Shown here piece by piece: positions 50,719-64,000 of a stretch of DNA of 64,000 nt. The notes below the pieces were generated by a model. The model saw only the letters and a list, made by a program, of their open reading frames with translations. It searched no databases and was not told where the DNA came from. A program made the position numbers and the translations under genes. How positions within the stretch are numbered: the first letter of the stretch is position 1; the number at the start of each line of letters is the position of its first letter. Origin of the DNA: Mustelus asterias (lineage: Eukaryota); NCBI RefSeq assembly GCF_964213995.1, contig NC_135814.1, positions 57,846,001-57,910,000 on the forward strand, written 5' to 3'.

Positions 50719-52331
50719 CAGCGTCTAACAAATATTAAAATGTGTAGCACCAATCAGCTTCACTATCTGCGATAATTTGAGCAGTAAAAGAGATTTGGCT
50801 TTCCAATTAGCGGATGATGTAACGGTATCTGGGATTTTCTTTGCAAAAAGGCTTTTTTTAAAGCAGAATTCACTGCCGGTGCATTTCGTTGGTGTCATTG
50901 GTTGTCGAAAACTGTTTAGTTTTTTTTCTCTTTCCTAATGCACTGGGGCAAACGAAAAAAAATCACAGGTAAACAAGACCAAACTTTTAGCGACGTAATG
51001 ATTTTTTTTAATGGAAGGTAAAATAATCAAAGCAGCAATTTACTCAGGGATTAAACACAAGGCTGAACATTTGTAGAGGATTAGTTTAGTTGCTCTGCAA
51101 TAAAACGTCGATAAAACGAAACCTTTGTTGTGCTGGACAGAAGCAGCAGAGAAACAAAGTGAACACTCCCATTTCGTGGCAGAAAGTACAGTTTCCGTTT
51201 TACTTTGTTAATCAGTGCAGCTCAAAACATTTCAGTCTAACCTTTGTACTGTTCAATACACTTACTTTTTTTCGTTGCCGAAGGTTTATATTTGTTCTCG
51301 GCCTCTCGCGTGCCTTTTATTCTAACTAGAGACACAAGGGCAGAATTACTGTAAACTCAGTAAGTTGGGAAAGATTCACACACTTGTGAAAGGTCAGGCG
51401 AGCAGCGCTCGCTAAAGTGAAAATAATAATGCAACTTTCCGAGGTGTTTGTAAATGATTTCAGTCTGACCCCGTGCCCTTCAGCCTTTAACACACAACGC
51501 GGTGACACTGCGGGGACAGTGGGGAGAGCAGAGTAAGGAATCTACAATGCACGAGAGTTGAGAAACCACCTTAGACTTGTTCGAGGCAAAGGGAATCCTA
51601 GTTAGTTGGCAGATTAAATAATATGCATTTCTTTCCTTGCATATGGCGATCCAATTGACTGGTGGTAATTAGATTTCGAAACACTCTGCAGCATTTATTA
51701 TTTGATCCAGCTCCGAGGAAGAGATTAGAATAGAACAAACAATCGTTATTTTTTTCCTGGGCTGCTATCATTTCTTGACTGTAGCACTGAATGGAGAACA
51801 CTTTGAAATAAACCAATATTTGCACTATCATGTATAACTTGTTTTTGATTAGATTTAGGAATTGTTTAGGCCGGGCGATATTTGTTATAACATCCTGCGG
51901 TTTGTTAGTGGTGAGTTCAAATTATTAGCATCTGGAGCAATTATTGATTCACGCTGGGGCACTTAGTAATGTTAGCTGGAGCGGATCGGTACAAACTGTT
52001 TCCTATAAAATCTTTGTGAAATACGAAGGGTTCATAAGCACAGTAACAAATGATAACTTCTGCCTTGCAGACTGTATGCACAAACCAACTCTGCACGCTG
52101 ATTCATGTTGCTGTCACTGCCGAACAACGCACATAGAAATGTTTGCTATCACCTACCAGTTATAAAAGAACGACTTATATGATTTTTTTCAATGGCCAAA
52201 CAATTAAATTGTTTAACAATCCCTTTGTCTGAATTTTATTTTTTAGTTATTAATATTGCACGCCATGAACTCCTTGGAGCTTTTAAACTACTTTCCCATA
52301 TTGTAATTAGTCACCGAATTTGTTTGCAACC

Positions 52332-52413
52332 CGTCGTCTATATATACCCTGTAGAACCGAATTTGTGTGATGTTTCTGTCACAGATTCGTTTCTAGGGGA
52401 GTCTATGGTCGAT
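52332..52413 (+). ncRNA. MIR10B: miR-10b precursor hairpin (mature 5p 52345-52367; star about 52381-52402)
   Basis: Mature TACCCTGTAGAACCGAATTTGTG with complementary arm ACAGATTCGTTTCTAGGGGAGT, at the canonical position between Hox5 and Hox4. Confidence 0.97.
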
Positions 52414-53639
52414 GCCAACACTACGAAAATCAGCAGTTTGCTCTCCGTGGCCTTTACTGTTTAGATTGATGAAGTTCTAAGTCATACTGAATGATTTCAT
52501 TGGGAATGGTCTCTTTTTGTTTTGAATCCAGTTTTCAATATTGAGTAGACTTTTAGATCTCGCCGCTCAGAACTGAATGGATTATTTTAGTTCTCCTTTG
52601 CAATCGAACTGTGGTGGTTAACGTGTTGATTTCCTGATCATTAGTGAGAATGCAGTCGTTTCTAAACTTCCGGATTTACTCTCCGGAAATCTAAGATTAC
52701 TGAAACTTAAGTATTTCTTTCTCAAGCTGCCTGTTTCCATGGCGATGACGATAAATTATCTACAAAGATTGGCTGGCGGTTTTCGTATCACTTTAGAGCT
52801 TGGGAATTAAATCGAGCTAGAATGCGGCTCAGTTCAAAACGTAAAGTTGAATTGTACACGTTACAAATAGGAGAGTGAGTTATTGGAATAGTTTAGGGAG
52901 ATAAGAGATGTGAGTGAATGTGAGAAGGAAAAAAAAACGAATTGTGAAAAAATGGTAGCATAAATGCTTCGGCCATCAGATAGAAAACTTATACCCCAGT
53001 CTTGCAAATGTTTCAACTTTAGAAACAAAGTATTTTTGATCTTGCAATGTCCTTAAGCAACACAGGCAAAGTCCTTTATGTGATACGGAATGCCTTGTTC
53101 TGACTACATTGAACTAGGCCCATGTTTGCCTTTGAATAACTTTGTCCAAAAGATCTTTCTGCATCGGTAATGGCTGTAATTATTTCCCTCAGCTCCGTTA
53201 TTCCTTTTTTTGGCTAACTGGATGATTCCTTTGTCACCCTGCGTGCGTTGGACTGCTGGCCGTTTCTCCAGGAACCCTCGCTATTGTCCTGCTGTTCCCG
53301 GGGAAAAAACTGCAACAACAAACACCAACATGCCGAATGAGTTCGCTCTCCTTGATTTATTTGAAAAGCGGCAAGGAATGGTGGAAATCTCTCTTTTGAC
53401 AAAAGAGCAAATTACCTGAGCAATATTCGGGCGCTCAGTGAGTGAACAATTATTCTCTCCAAATGGGAAACTCTACTGTGTGTATTTTCCGGAACCAGTT
53501 TCAAATACTTAGTGGCTGCTGGGGGGGAGAAAATCAAGACCTTCCAGTTTTTAAATTTATTTTTAAATCAAGGTTTTCTGGACGAAGTTTGTAAAAAATT
53601 GTCATTAGCTGTTTCCTTATCCGGGAATCGGGCCCGGCC

Positions 53640-53766
53640 ACGCCATTGGCTCGCACGGTCACATGGGTGACTAACTTTATTCAGTTGACAGCAAGTAGGA
53701 GGGCTTTATGGAACGGGAAAAAAAGACAACTGGAGAAAAATTAGTATTTTCCACCTTCAGAAATTA
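53640..53766 (+). promoter_or_regulatory. HoxD4 proximal promoter plus splice acceptor before the ATG
   Basis: CCATTGG (53643), GTCACATGG (53658) and AACTTTATTCAGTTGACAG; acceptor TATTTTCCACCTTCAG| (53760) 6 nt before the ATG. Confidence 0.75.
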
Positions 53767-54178
53767 ATGACCATGAGTTCGTATTTGATGAACACTAAAT
53801 ATGTGGATCCCAAATTTCCACCTTGCGAGGAATACTCGCAAAATAACTACATACCTGACCACTGCTCAGAGTATTACAACCAGTCGCAGGATTCAGAATT
53901 TCAGCACCAAGGAATCTATCCACGGTCAAACTACAGCGGCCAGTCGTACAGCTGCAGCAACGCTCGGGGCTCTCCAGTGCAGCAGAGGGGTCATCTGCAG
54001 GCACAGCCCGCTCCTCAGAACCACCTCACAGGGCAGGGGGAGCCCGTTGCACCGCTCCAAGTGTCCATAGGCCGGCCTTGCAGCCAGCAGCAACATAATC
54101 CAAAGAGTCAAAACGGCACAGCAACCAAACAGCCAGCAGTGGTTTATCCTTGGATGAAGAAAATCCACGTTAACACGG
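53767..54178 (+). CDS. HoxD4: HoxD4 exon 1
   Basis: [23 protein letters not shown]...[17 protein letters not shown]; phase-1 donor G|GTAAGA at 54179. Confidence 0.95.
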
Positions 54179-54324
54179 GTAAGATCCACTTTTTGGTTTC
54201 CCTTTCGCCCCCCCACCTCCCCCCTCCTCTACCTCCCCTCCCCACCCCCCATGCTGCATCGCCATCCCTGGCAAATATTTGTGACCCATTGATACAGGTC
54301 TACCGTAAATAACTCCTTCAAGGG

Positions 54325-54386
54325 AGGATTTATGAGCGGTTTTTAAAAAGACCAGCAATTACACCCATCATAAATTTTTATTGCTG
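54325..54386. promoter_or_regulatory. HB-1-like homeodomain-binding element in the HoxD4 intron
   Basis: GGATTTATGA...CAATTACA...CATAAATTTTTATTG: a cluster of Hox/Cdx-type sites near the intron 5' end, as in other Hox4 introns. Confidence 0.65.
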
Positions 54387-54649
54387 AGGAAATAGGCCGC
54401 TGGCCATGTGGCTGGCTCCATGTGAAAACTCGAGCCTGAGAGTAACAGGGACATGTTATATCCCCAATTCCGAAAGAACTTTAAAGTGATCCTTAGTAAC
54501 AATATATATATATATATTTGAACTTCCTAGCAGAGATACTATTACAGTGCAGTGTGCGTGCAGGCGTTGCCTTTAGGACTGACTGGTGAAAGCGGCTGAC
54601 AAACTTTAGGTGCAGATTTGAATGGTTTTTGAATTGTTTTGTTTTTCAG

Positions 54650-54960
54650 TGAACCCTAATTACACAGGAGGGGAACCAAAACGTTCACGAACTGCCTACA
54701 CAAGGCAGCAGGTTTTAGAACTGGAAAAGGAATTCCATTTTAACAGGTATCTGACACGACGACGTCGGATTGAAATAGCTCACACTTTATGTCTTTCCGA
54801 ACGCCAGATCAAAATTTGGTTTCAGAACAGAAGAATGAAGTGGAAAAAAGATCACAAACTGCCTAACACAAAGACCAGATCCTCTGGTTCTTCCTCGACT
54901 TCCAATCAACAGTTACAAACTGTTTCCAAGGACCAACAAACAGACCTCACAAGTTTATAG
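54650..54960 (+). CDS. HoxD4: HoxD4 exon 2 (homeobox)
   Basis: Acceptor gtttttcag|. Encodes [75 protein letters not shown]...TDLTSL*. Spliced protein is 240 aa. Confidence 0.96.
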
Positions 54961-57472
54961 AAACACTTCTTCTAAGTGGCTCTTTAAGTGTATATAATGA
55001 GACATTTCCAGGCAGAAATTGCATGTACCGATAACATGGCTTGTAGGTGCTTTCCTGCTGATTTTTATGGCATTGAAGGGACCTTGTCTTGTGCCTCACC
55101 TTTGTTCTTAAATGTAGGAAATGAAACAATAAAAAAGGAGAAAGTCACCTTAGCTGCAGCTGAAACCATTGCGATTTTAGTCAGTGGCTATTCTTATCAT
55201 GCAGTACACCTTAGTAACCTTAACAAGTGCGAGGCATTAAGACCTTGACGACATGGCGAGGTGTACACTCCAGGAAGATACATGTGTAGTCTGCTCGCAT
55301 GAAAATGAAAGGCTCCGACGCTTGTTCATGGTCTTTTATTTTACAATGAAGGCCCAGTGATTTGTTGTGGTAATTTCTGATTTCCACAGCTATTTTGCTT
55401 GTAATGTGCATTTTTGCGATTCCATCTCTTTGTGTATGTTGTGTTGGTATTTGAGATTTATAGTGATCAGGAATTAGATAGTATTATGTGGTTTCTTTAT
55501 TTAAAATGAGAAAATGGTATTTGTAATTGTGCTGCTGGATGGATTATTGTTACAAGTCTACAATGCAAGATTGCATACATTTTTATGTTCAAGAACGATA
55601 CCAAAATTCGTACGCACTACTAAAGTTCAAAAATAAATTTAGTAGTAATAAGCTGAATAGCGTGAGTGGTTTTCCTTTTTCGGTATCTGCACATGGAATC
55701 TTGTATGTGACGACCGTTCCTGTTGCGACGCTATCGTGTGCAAATGTCATGAAAATAGACCTTACATGCAACAATACAAAATGCCAAAAAATCCAGTGTC
55801 TCCAATTCAATATCAAATTAGGTAAAGACACCAACCGATGTAATCTAAAGCAAGATTTCTGAAAGAGAAATGCGGTTAGTGAAATATTGCAACAGTACTT
55901 TGTGTTCAGGATGCTTGTTAAACTCTGTTTCTCGGGTTGTTAGTTGATAAATGAGTAAGTTGGTTACACCAATCTGTGAACGTTTAGTATTACAAGTGGG
56001 AATGCGTTTCCTTTCGATTTTCTCCAGAACGGATGAGCGAACAACAATGCTACAAGGTACACAGTTTAGAAACAGAAACTCTCCACACCGTGCATATTTT
56101 GCTTTGTGAAGAGCCCTGTTCGTTTTTTTACCAACCTATTAATCTGTAAAGACACACTGGTGCTTGATTTAGAGGGACAGGGACAATAGCCGAGAGGCTC
56201 TTCAATTAGGTAATTTACACCTAAACACAAATTGCTGAAGATTCTTGTTTCTGGCAGTTTGAAGGAAGCTAATGTTATGTTACAAGCATGCGAAACGAGT
56301 CAGAACTTCCTGAAACACAGGACTGGATGCACTGTGCCAATATTCTCACGATATCAATCAGTGGCACATTGGTATGTCATGGAGATTTCGCATTCAATTC
56401 CTTTATGCGATGTTTTAAACCGGTCATTCATTGCAGGATATCCAGATATTTAAATGGAATGAAGTCTTCTTGGTGCCCCGAAGGAAAAGCTCATTAGATA
56501 TTCGAACATGCCTTACTGCTTTCATGATAACATTACCTCCATAAGCTAAATATAAAGATACATTTTTTAAATTCTCAAGAAACCCTTCCGGCCACAGCTA
56601 ATATAAGTTATTTTTGTGTGAGGAATTGTCCAACCTTTGAAGGTACAGCCTTCTCACAATGAAGCGTGTTTTCTCTGAATTCTCTTAATCATGAGAGGGG
56701 GAAAAAAACGGCGAGCGATTGTGTTTAGTTGTGTGATTACAATTGAGGGCTATCTCCTCACACATTACTAAAACCGCGCGAACAAATGTGAGATGGCTTA
56801 GATTTCGGCCGTTTGATTTTTCTGCCACCCGCAAAACTGGAGCTTTGGAAAAGAAAGATGGCGAGTGTCCACAATATTGCCTTAAAATAATCGAAGCTAA
56901 CGGTAGAAAGGCTGTGTATTTAAAGGGAGAAAAAAGTCCGGAGGGTATCGTGTTAATGGGCTAGCTAATCCGCTAAAAGGAAACCGTGCCAAACCAACTC
57001 TCAGGAAATCATTATTCGCAATCACGCAGCAATTTAGATGGAAATGCCAGAATTCCGTCAAAATGCAAGAAGTCAAGAAAATCTATTTCCGAGGAATTTC
57101 GATGTTCAAACTCGATTTTGTAGCATTCAGTAACAAAAGAAAGTTGGCGGTGCAGCTCTCTTTCCTGTCCCTTTACTGCCCTGCAAGCCTGCAGCTGGCT
57201 TAGCTGGACATGGGCTGTTTGAAAAGGCGAATTCCAAGATGCTTTGTTCTTTATAGGATAAGCCGTGTAGTTCTCAGACTTGCACATGACATTACTATAA
57301 TATATCCACGTCTTGATATTATAAATGAGTGATATTCTCTATGCCATTTAAATCATTGTCATCAGCACAAAACGCTAAGGTTCACGCGAAGCAAAGATGT
57401 CCTTTTCTGACGCCTTCATGTTGAGAAGCTGAAAAGGTATTTTTACTGAAGTTCGGCTAAACTGTAGAAACA

Positions 57473-57489
57473 GGTTCACCAAGAGGACA
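57473..57489 (+). promoter_or_regulatory. HoxD4 3' neural-enhancer RARE (DR5)
   Basis: GGTTCA-ccaag-AGGACA about 2.5 kb after the HoxD4 stop codon, with extra half-sites GGTTCA (57379) and TGACCT x2 (57529, 57544). Confidence 0.85.
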
Positions 57490-59054
57490 AATTTTCTATT
57501 CGATTAGCTGTATTTCAGCCTGGAGGACTGACCTCTAAACCCTTGACCTTTTGGACTCAATCCTACCCTTCGCCTTTTCTATGTGTTTCAACACAGACAC
57601 CCTCTAGTTAAAGCCAGTTGAAATAGTTTCTCACGTATGAACTACTCCAATTTCTACAGGGGTAACTTTTGCATCTATTCTCAGGACATGTAGATTTTAG
57701 GATCATGCACGGTGCCTCTAAACCCCACTTTTCTCCCACCCTCGCACCTTCACAGAAGTGACATTTCAGCCGTTACCTCTAATGATAGAACATAGACCTT
57801 GTTCATTTACTCAGCTTCAGACGTTGCCTATTTTTCAACTCAATATGTTCTTGCTCTGCTTTCTACGATGCTGAATAAAGTAAATGCTCAGAAACTCTCC
57901 CAAACATTTATCTCTTAGTATTTGCATTGAGATTCCCACTGTAATTCTTTCTCCATATAGGCGCCACAAAAATATAGTTTTGCCACATTCATTGATATGT
58001 TCAAAACATTCGAAGTCGCGTTGCAGCGGTTGATGTTTGTGTGGAATAACGGCCCATGTTGGTTTCACAAGCCAGAATTGAATTCATGCCAGTTAAAAGA
58101 CATCCCAGCATATGTAACAGTAAAACAATAAAAACAAATAAACAAAACGTCCAGTAGTACGATTGGAAGTAATTATATTCTCGAGCAGTGTTGCATCCTT
58201 ATTATGGATAAGATTTCAGAATGTTGTCATAATTCATTTGTTTTAACTAAAAGAAGTCACATTTTCGTCTCTGAGTAGACACAGCATCCTGTCGTGTAGG
58301 TGTTTCGGCCTGGCCCATGTTATGCCGAGTTATAACTCATATTAACACCCCACCCTCCCCCCACCCAAAAAAAGTCTGCCCCGTCCACTATGACAGTTGA
58401 GTGCAATGGAGTCTCCTTTCTCTTTTACAACCACCCACGAAAAGTGAAACTGAACGAACTTTTAAAAATATTTTGTAATATTTGGTCAAACAGAGGTCAC
58501 TGAAACCCAGTTACAATGTGTGCGAAAAGCCCCAATAAGTAGCAATTAATCAGCGGCAAATGTTGTCTTTTCCAAGGCACAGTCTAAATGACCAGAGCAT
58601 ATATATGCTGAAAGAAGCTGTAAGCAGTATATGACTTTGACTTTTGTGCAACACCTATCTCCTTGAAAAGCAGTCTACTTTTAACCGCAGTTACCACCAA
58701 GGTCAATTGATAACGTCTCATATTCATTTAGTCATGTAATTTATCAATATTTAACCTATCCAGCTACACGTATTAGTAGGCACTGGTTACAATTCATAAT
58801 TCAGATGTTTTAAATTCAGAATCTTAATTATTTTCAAGTTCTTTCACTGTGTAATTTGTCACATAAATATCGAGTAGGCAAACAAGGGAAGCACAGAACA
58901 TAAAAGTAAACAACATCATGATTTCTGAACTGTTATATCATTCAAAATTCACAACGTCACATATAATATCAATCACAATCAATCAACTTGCATATTTATA
59001 TCTATCGACGCTCAACACAGCTCCCCATGGCTACATATAACCATTATATCTAGC

Positions 59055-59230
59055 TGTGTGTTGTTTGTATGCATGTATCTAGTATGTATTTATGTATATG
59101 CATGTATGTACATGTGCATGTGTACATATGTGGATATGGCCACGGTATATGTATTGATGTATGCGTGTATGTATATATGCGTGGGTGCGTATGCGATAAT
59201 GTACATGCATACTTTTGGTACACGCATGTA
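59055..59230. repeat. Degenerate alternating purine-pyrimidine tract
   Basis: TGTA/TGCA/TATG-rich low-complexity sequence. Confidence 0.8.
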
Positions 59231-59664
59231 TTTAGCTCCATGCACGTTTAAAGGACAAATACGGGCATTAAATGACCCACCTTTTATGATTTGACTTCCT
59301 TAAAATGGAAATAATTTTAATATTTAGTTTCATGGAACAAATCCGAATAAACTTAAACTTAAATGAGGAATGTTCACTGAACTGTTATTGTTATGTGTAC
59401 ACTGCCCCGTTATTTTGCTCCTAGCCTGGAAAGAGAAACAGCTGAAAGGAAGGCAAAGAGTCAATCCGACCATGCCATAGGCTGGTCATTCAAAATGGGA
59501 CAAAGCTGATGCAACCCAACGCTACTAAACAGCCATATTTGTTAGTCTTTCCCTTTAGAATTTTAAAAGATATTTACCAACCAAATATTTCTCAAATGGT
59601 AAAGACTTATACATTTTATGATTATGTCCAGAAGAGGTGGCAAGATTTTATGTATCCTTTTATA

Positions 59665-59715
59665 TTTGATTCGGCCACGTGATTTACTAAATAATTAATG
59701 CAGTACGTCCCGAAA
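59665..59715. promoter_or_regulatory. Conserved Hox4-Hox3 intergenic element
   Basis: GGCCACGTGATTTACTAAATAATTAATGCAG: an E-box overlapping TGATTTAC, plus TAATTAAT homeodomain sites. Confidence 0.55.
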
Positions 59716-62700
59716 GAAACACGGCGTCGTCATTAATCGGCCAAGCAAAGGACTCTATCACACTTGAAAAGTGAACAGATCCCAAGAATATTATATACAA
59801 ATGGTCCGCTATTTCACTTTGCTGTTGTGGTTCGTTGCCAGAAACTGAAAAATGGAAGCTTGGTAGGTAAACAATTTTAGTTTTGTTTCTGCTAAGATAG
59901 CAAATGAATGTAACTGTCATATATATTTGATGAATAGCGCCCTTTGCTTCTTACTCTGTGCTACCAGGCGACAGTCATAAGTTGTAGTAGGCAGATATAC
60001 TGACCTTCTATTCGGATTAGCTTTAACATTTTGGAACAACCATGATAAACTTCAGATGCAGAAATTTGTACCGGCTGCATTTTGGAGGTGGGGGTAAATG
60101 TTAGTAAGGCTGCGATGAGATTATTATTAAGGCGTAGTTGAGTGTCATGAAATGGCGTAGATTTTACGGTTTAGTTGTGCTTTATTGCAAACAATGCCGG
60201 CTGTCATGGCATCTGCTGCCTATTTGTACACAGTGAAATAGAGGCCTGAGTTTATATTGAATACCACGAGTCATATATTTTGTTTTCTTTGAGATGTAAT
60301 GGAAAGTCTGTAAATGAGATTCAACTAGAACAATTGCAGGTACCCACGTCTACAGAAACTATATTCATGAACGTTTGGTGCTTCATTTTTTAATAGATGT
60401 TTTGCTTTAAAAGATGAAACAAATGTTTCCTTTGCACCTACGGGGATTTGATTTGACAGAAAATGAGTTTTTGTCTTTCCTATAGTAGTCTGTTAAATGA
60501 TTATCCACAAAACTAGGAGAGCGTGCTTGACTCATTTAAATAATAAATGGTTGCGATTTCTACCCAGAGCAGGAACAAACTGTGTTTTCACTGTCGGTAC
60601 ATGTTATAATGTAATAAAATTGTTCTATTCTGATTTGCTGATTTGAGGTTAGTATGATAATAATAGGATGTCGTATTAAAGTATGCCTCACATGTATAAT
60701 ATAGATAATACAACACAATAAAGTACAAGCATAATCTGGCTTTTTATTGTTGGCCGTTTAATAATAATGTGCAAAAGTTTTATTCTTGTGGTAAAGGTTA
60801 AAAACAAATGCAAGTCAACATTTTAAGGTGTAAAGTGAAACAGTAATATCAGACCTTAACCTAAGTTATAGTTGTAGCGTCGGAGTGGCATATCATGACA
60901 GCTCAGTTCCTAAACCTCTTTCTAAAAGTGTAATTAAACTGCATACATTACTGTGGCAAATGCAGATATCTTTTGAAAAAGGATTTTATTCAATTGATTG
61001 GAGATATTTTACAAAATGAACCTCGGCATTTATTGCTTCCGTTGCTTTTGTCACAAAACACTTCTGGAAATTGAATTTGTGCTGTCGTCACGTGTGTAAA
61101 GTCAACGCTCGTTTCCTTTTTTAATAAATTATGCATTAAAACAATAACCTATTAATTCAGTTATTCGCCGATGACAAATGCAGCGCTGTTTTACTGATGA
61201 CAAAGCTGCGGTCGTACCGCCAAGTTACTCTTTTGCCGACTCTCACTTCAACTCAGTGTCATCTACCGTTAAATTCCACTCTAGCGAAGGACTAGGCAGA
61301 CACGAATCAATGAAAACGCTTTAATTACAACTTTTTCATTAAATCGGAAGAAAGTTGTTGTTGGGGAGGGTGGGGGTTGGGGGGTCAACAATTTTCCACT
61401 GTTATAAATCACTACCAGTAATTCCTGAAAGGCTGCCGAGACCAGGCGAAGATTGTAAATCTCTCCTTTTTATTGCTGTATGAACATATGCTGCAGTCGA
61501 AGCCGTCTTCAGGTCCCCATTTGATTATATTCCACGTAAAGCTGAGTTCCCACAGTGGCAAGCATTAACACTTAGTTGCTTCATCTTAGTCTCCTCATAA
61601 AATTATCAGAGAAGGGAAATCTTGCCGTGATAAAATGGTCTATTTACATTTTGGGGATCGAAGAATACTATAACAGTGATTACTTAAAAGTCGCAAACGC
61701 GGGATAACTTGAAAGATATAAAAGATTTATCTGTTTTACAAAGCCCTACGACAATCGTTATATTCTGAAAAATCGTCAAAACAGACTTTCGAATTCGCTC
61801 AACATAGGTTTTGACCGAAAGTGACGCCTTAGTTAAACATTGAGATGTAAGCCTTATTTTCTTTTAAATAATTTATAATGCAGTAATTGCAAAGCAATAT
61901 TTTTATAACGACCATATAAGCCACAGAGGGTAAAGTAATTTAGATAAATGTTGCGTTAAGCCAGCGCTAGGTGCAATAAGGTCATGCATTACTGTCAATA
62001 GAAATGTTTTTTATTGCTATTAAATTACAGACAAATGTTTCAGATATTAAGAGCAGTTGGAAGTAACATTTAACAGAAATATTAAGCAATTCGATAGAAT
62101 GTAACTGGAAATTAATTTTCCCTAACCAAAAACATTATATTTCCACAAAACATTTGTCGGGGGTAAATACATAATATTAACAGAGATGAAATGAAACGAC
62201 ATTCAACGCCTGGTTTTGTGAGACGTTTGTGTAACTAGACATTGTCACTGGTCCTTGTGATTTAAACTGCTTCTCCTGAAAGAGAAAGGGAAAATGCCAC
62301 ATTAATTCCTAGTCCACAGACATCAAGTTCATTGCATAAAACTGCAGTTACCAACGATGATTAATTTCTCTTCCTGGAAAGGAGGGAGATTGAGTTTCAC
62401 AGAAATCGTATCTGCTGCAGCATTTCTTTAACGGCTTCTCTCAACTAATTCCAATCCTAAACGGGATTAATAGGAAGTCCAATTCACTCGCCAGATTTTT
62501 ATGTGATCACCCCACAACATTTAACCTAAATACATGCTTATTGTAGTTTCATTACATATTTTGTCGCTTTACTCTCAGCTTTGTGTTGGTTTTGAGACCC
62601 ATTGATATATATTGTTTTCAAAATACGAAAATATTTTAAACCAAATGAAGTGTTTCATGTAAATACGCTGCCTTGGTCATATATAATGTAAATATATGTA

Positions 62701-63039
62701 CATATACACAGAATCCGATTCTTCCAAAAGTAATACTTGTTAGATTAAGTAAATGAGTGCACTAATCAACTCAATACACCAGGAGGAATGATAAGCAGCC
62801 TGCAGCCTAGAGGCTATGAAAAGGCAATAAAATACAAATCTATTGTTCAATTTAGTGAACGTGGTACTGTTCTGAAAGACGCTACCTCACAATGCTTTTA
62901 CAAATGCAACACCGAATATTTAATTTTCATTCAGCTCTTCATTAGTGTTAATGTAAGAAGTGACTCAAAGCACCAAACAATCCATATTAAATAGATGTTA
63001 GTGAGGTAGCGCTGGCTCAACTTACTGGCTCAATCAGAA

Positions 63040-63463
63040 CAATCTGGTAACACAGATCACGTGAACAAATATGCCTGTATCTTGAGGCAGCGCCTATATT
63101 TTCTGATTATAAAAGGTATCCGTTGCACTATAAAATTCATAAATTGCAACTTTTTTTAAAGGAATACCTACCGGTTTATCAATACCATTTCCTCGTCGAA
63201 TGCTCGATTCTAAAGTCTCGGTTTAGATCTAAAAGCTAATGCATCTCTGTACGCCGTTTTTATTGGTAGTTGTCCCTGAGACTGAAGCCATTTCTATCGG
63301 GAATACCGTCTGCATTTCGTATCGAAATGTCTGCAAAACCGCAAGATCTGGTTTAAGACAGCACTGTCTCCAGACAAACGGCGCAGGATATTATTCGCAG
63401 CTGCAGGCTAAGAAATTGAGTTTGAGAAGCATAGATTTATGATAAATTGACACACAGGTAAGC
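63040..63463 (+). promoter_or_regulatory. Probable HoxD3 upstream promoter and non-coding exon
   Basis: GATCACGTGAACAAATATGC...GGCAGCGCCTATAT...TATAAAA (63108), a Hox3-type promoter block (recalled), then donor CAG|GTAAGC at 63458. The HoxD3 CDS is expected beyond the window. Confidence 0.6.
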
Positions 63464-64000
63464 AATCGTATGATAATATGCAACCTTTAGTAGTAGGTTT
63501 GGATAATGCCTTCAGCAAGAAGGCATATTATTCATGCCAAATTGTATGAAATTCTGAAACAAACTAGTGCATTGTTCCCATTTCAGAAGCAAACCAGGAA
63601 CCTGATTTTGTAGCAAGGAATGGCGATTTATAGAGGAAAGAAACATTTGCTCCTTCACCAAAGTGCGCAATTTGAGAAAGGTTAGATCGGACAATCCAGA
63701 GCAGTCCCAGATTTGTCTTGTGGCGCATTTTAGCTGATTCTGCAGTTTTATGTAAAAGGAAAACGAAATAAAAAGGCACAGAAACCCAGGGAACTTTTCA
63801 AACTGTCACTAGCAAACTTAGATCGTAAATCACATTAATTTGTTGTCTCTAGCTTATCGTCAGGCTGCAGTCTTCTTTGATTTATGCGCTTCAGAAATAT
63901 ATTGCGGGCTAAAGTTATTGCAGCAGCCTGTATAAATTATTTCTCAATTAATGTTATTGTCCTTCAAGGAAAACTATTTGTGAATTTCTTGGAAATCACC

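Overview
Eukaryotic, AT-rich vertebrate DNA: the central part of a HoxD cluster, with all genes on the + strand. The order is HoxD12 (end of exon 1 plus exon 2), HoxD11, HoxD10, HoxD9, HoxD8, HoxD5, miR-10b, HoxD4, then the probable upstream promoter and non-coding exon of HoxD3. An intact HoxD5, the absence of Hox6/Hox7 genes, and a palindromic repeat of a type I associate with shark genomes point to a cartilaginous fish, most likely an elasmobranch. All splice junctions were resolved by eye and are phase-1 GT-AG. Recognisable cis-elements include the 5' and 3' HoxD4 DR5 RAREs, an HB-1-like intronic element, a Hoxc8 early-enhancer paralogue, a region IX-like nuclear receptor element and a miR-196 site in the HoxD8 3' UTR. 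The cluster itself is a known system. The most novel-looking signals lie in the HoxD8-HoxD5 gap: a 'ghost' Hox7-type promoter/5' UTR with no ATG, followed at Hox7-like spacing by faint hexapeptide and homeobox relics. Orphan promoters, splice donors and a 27-nt micro-exon further suggest a network of long non-coding-leader transcripts. Comparisons to other species are from memory and need alignment.
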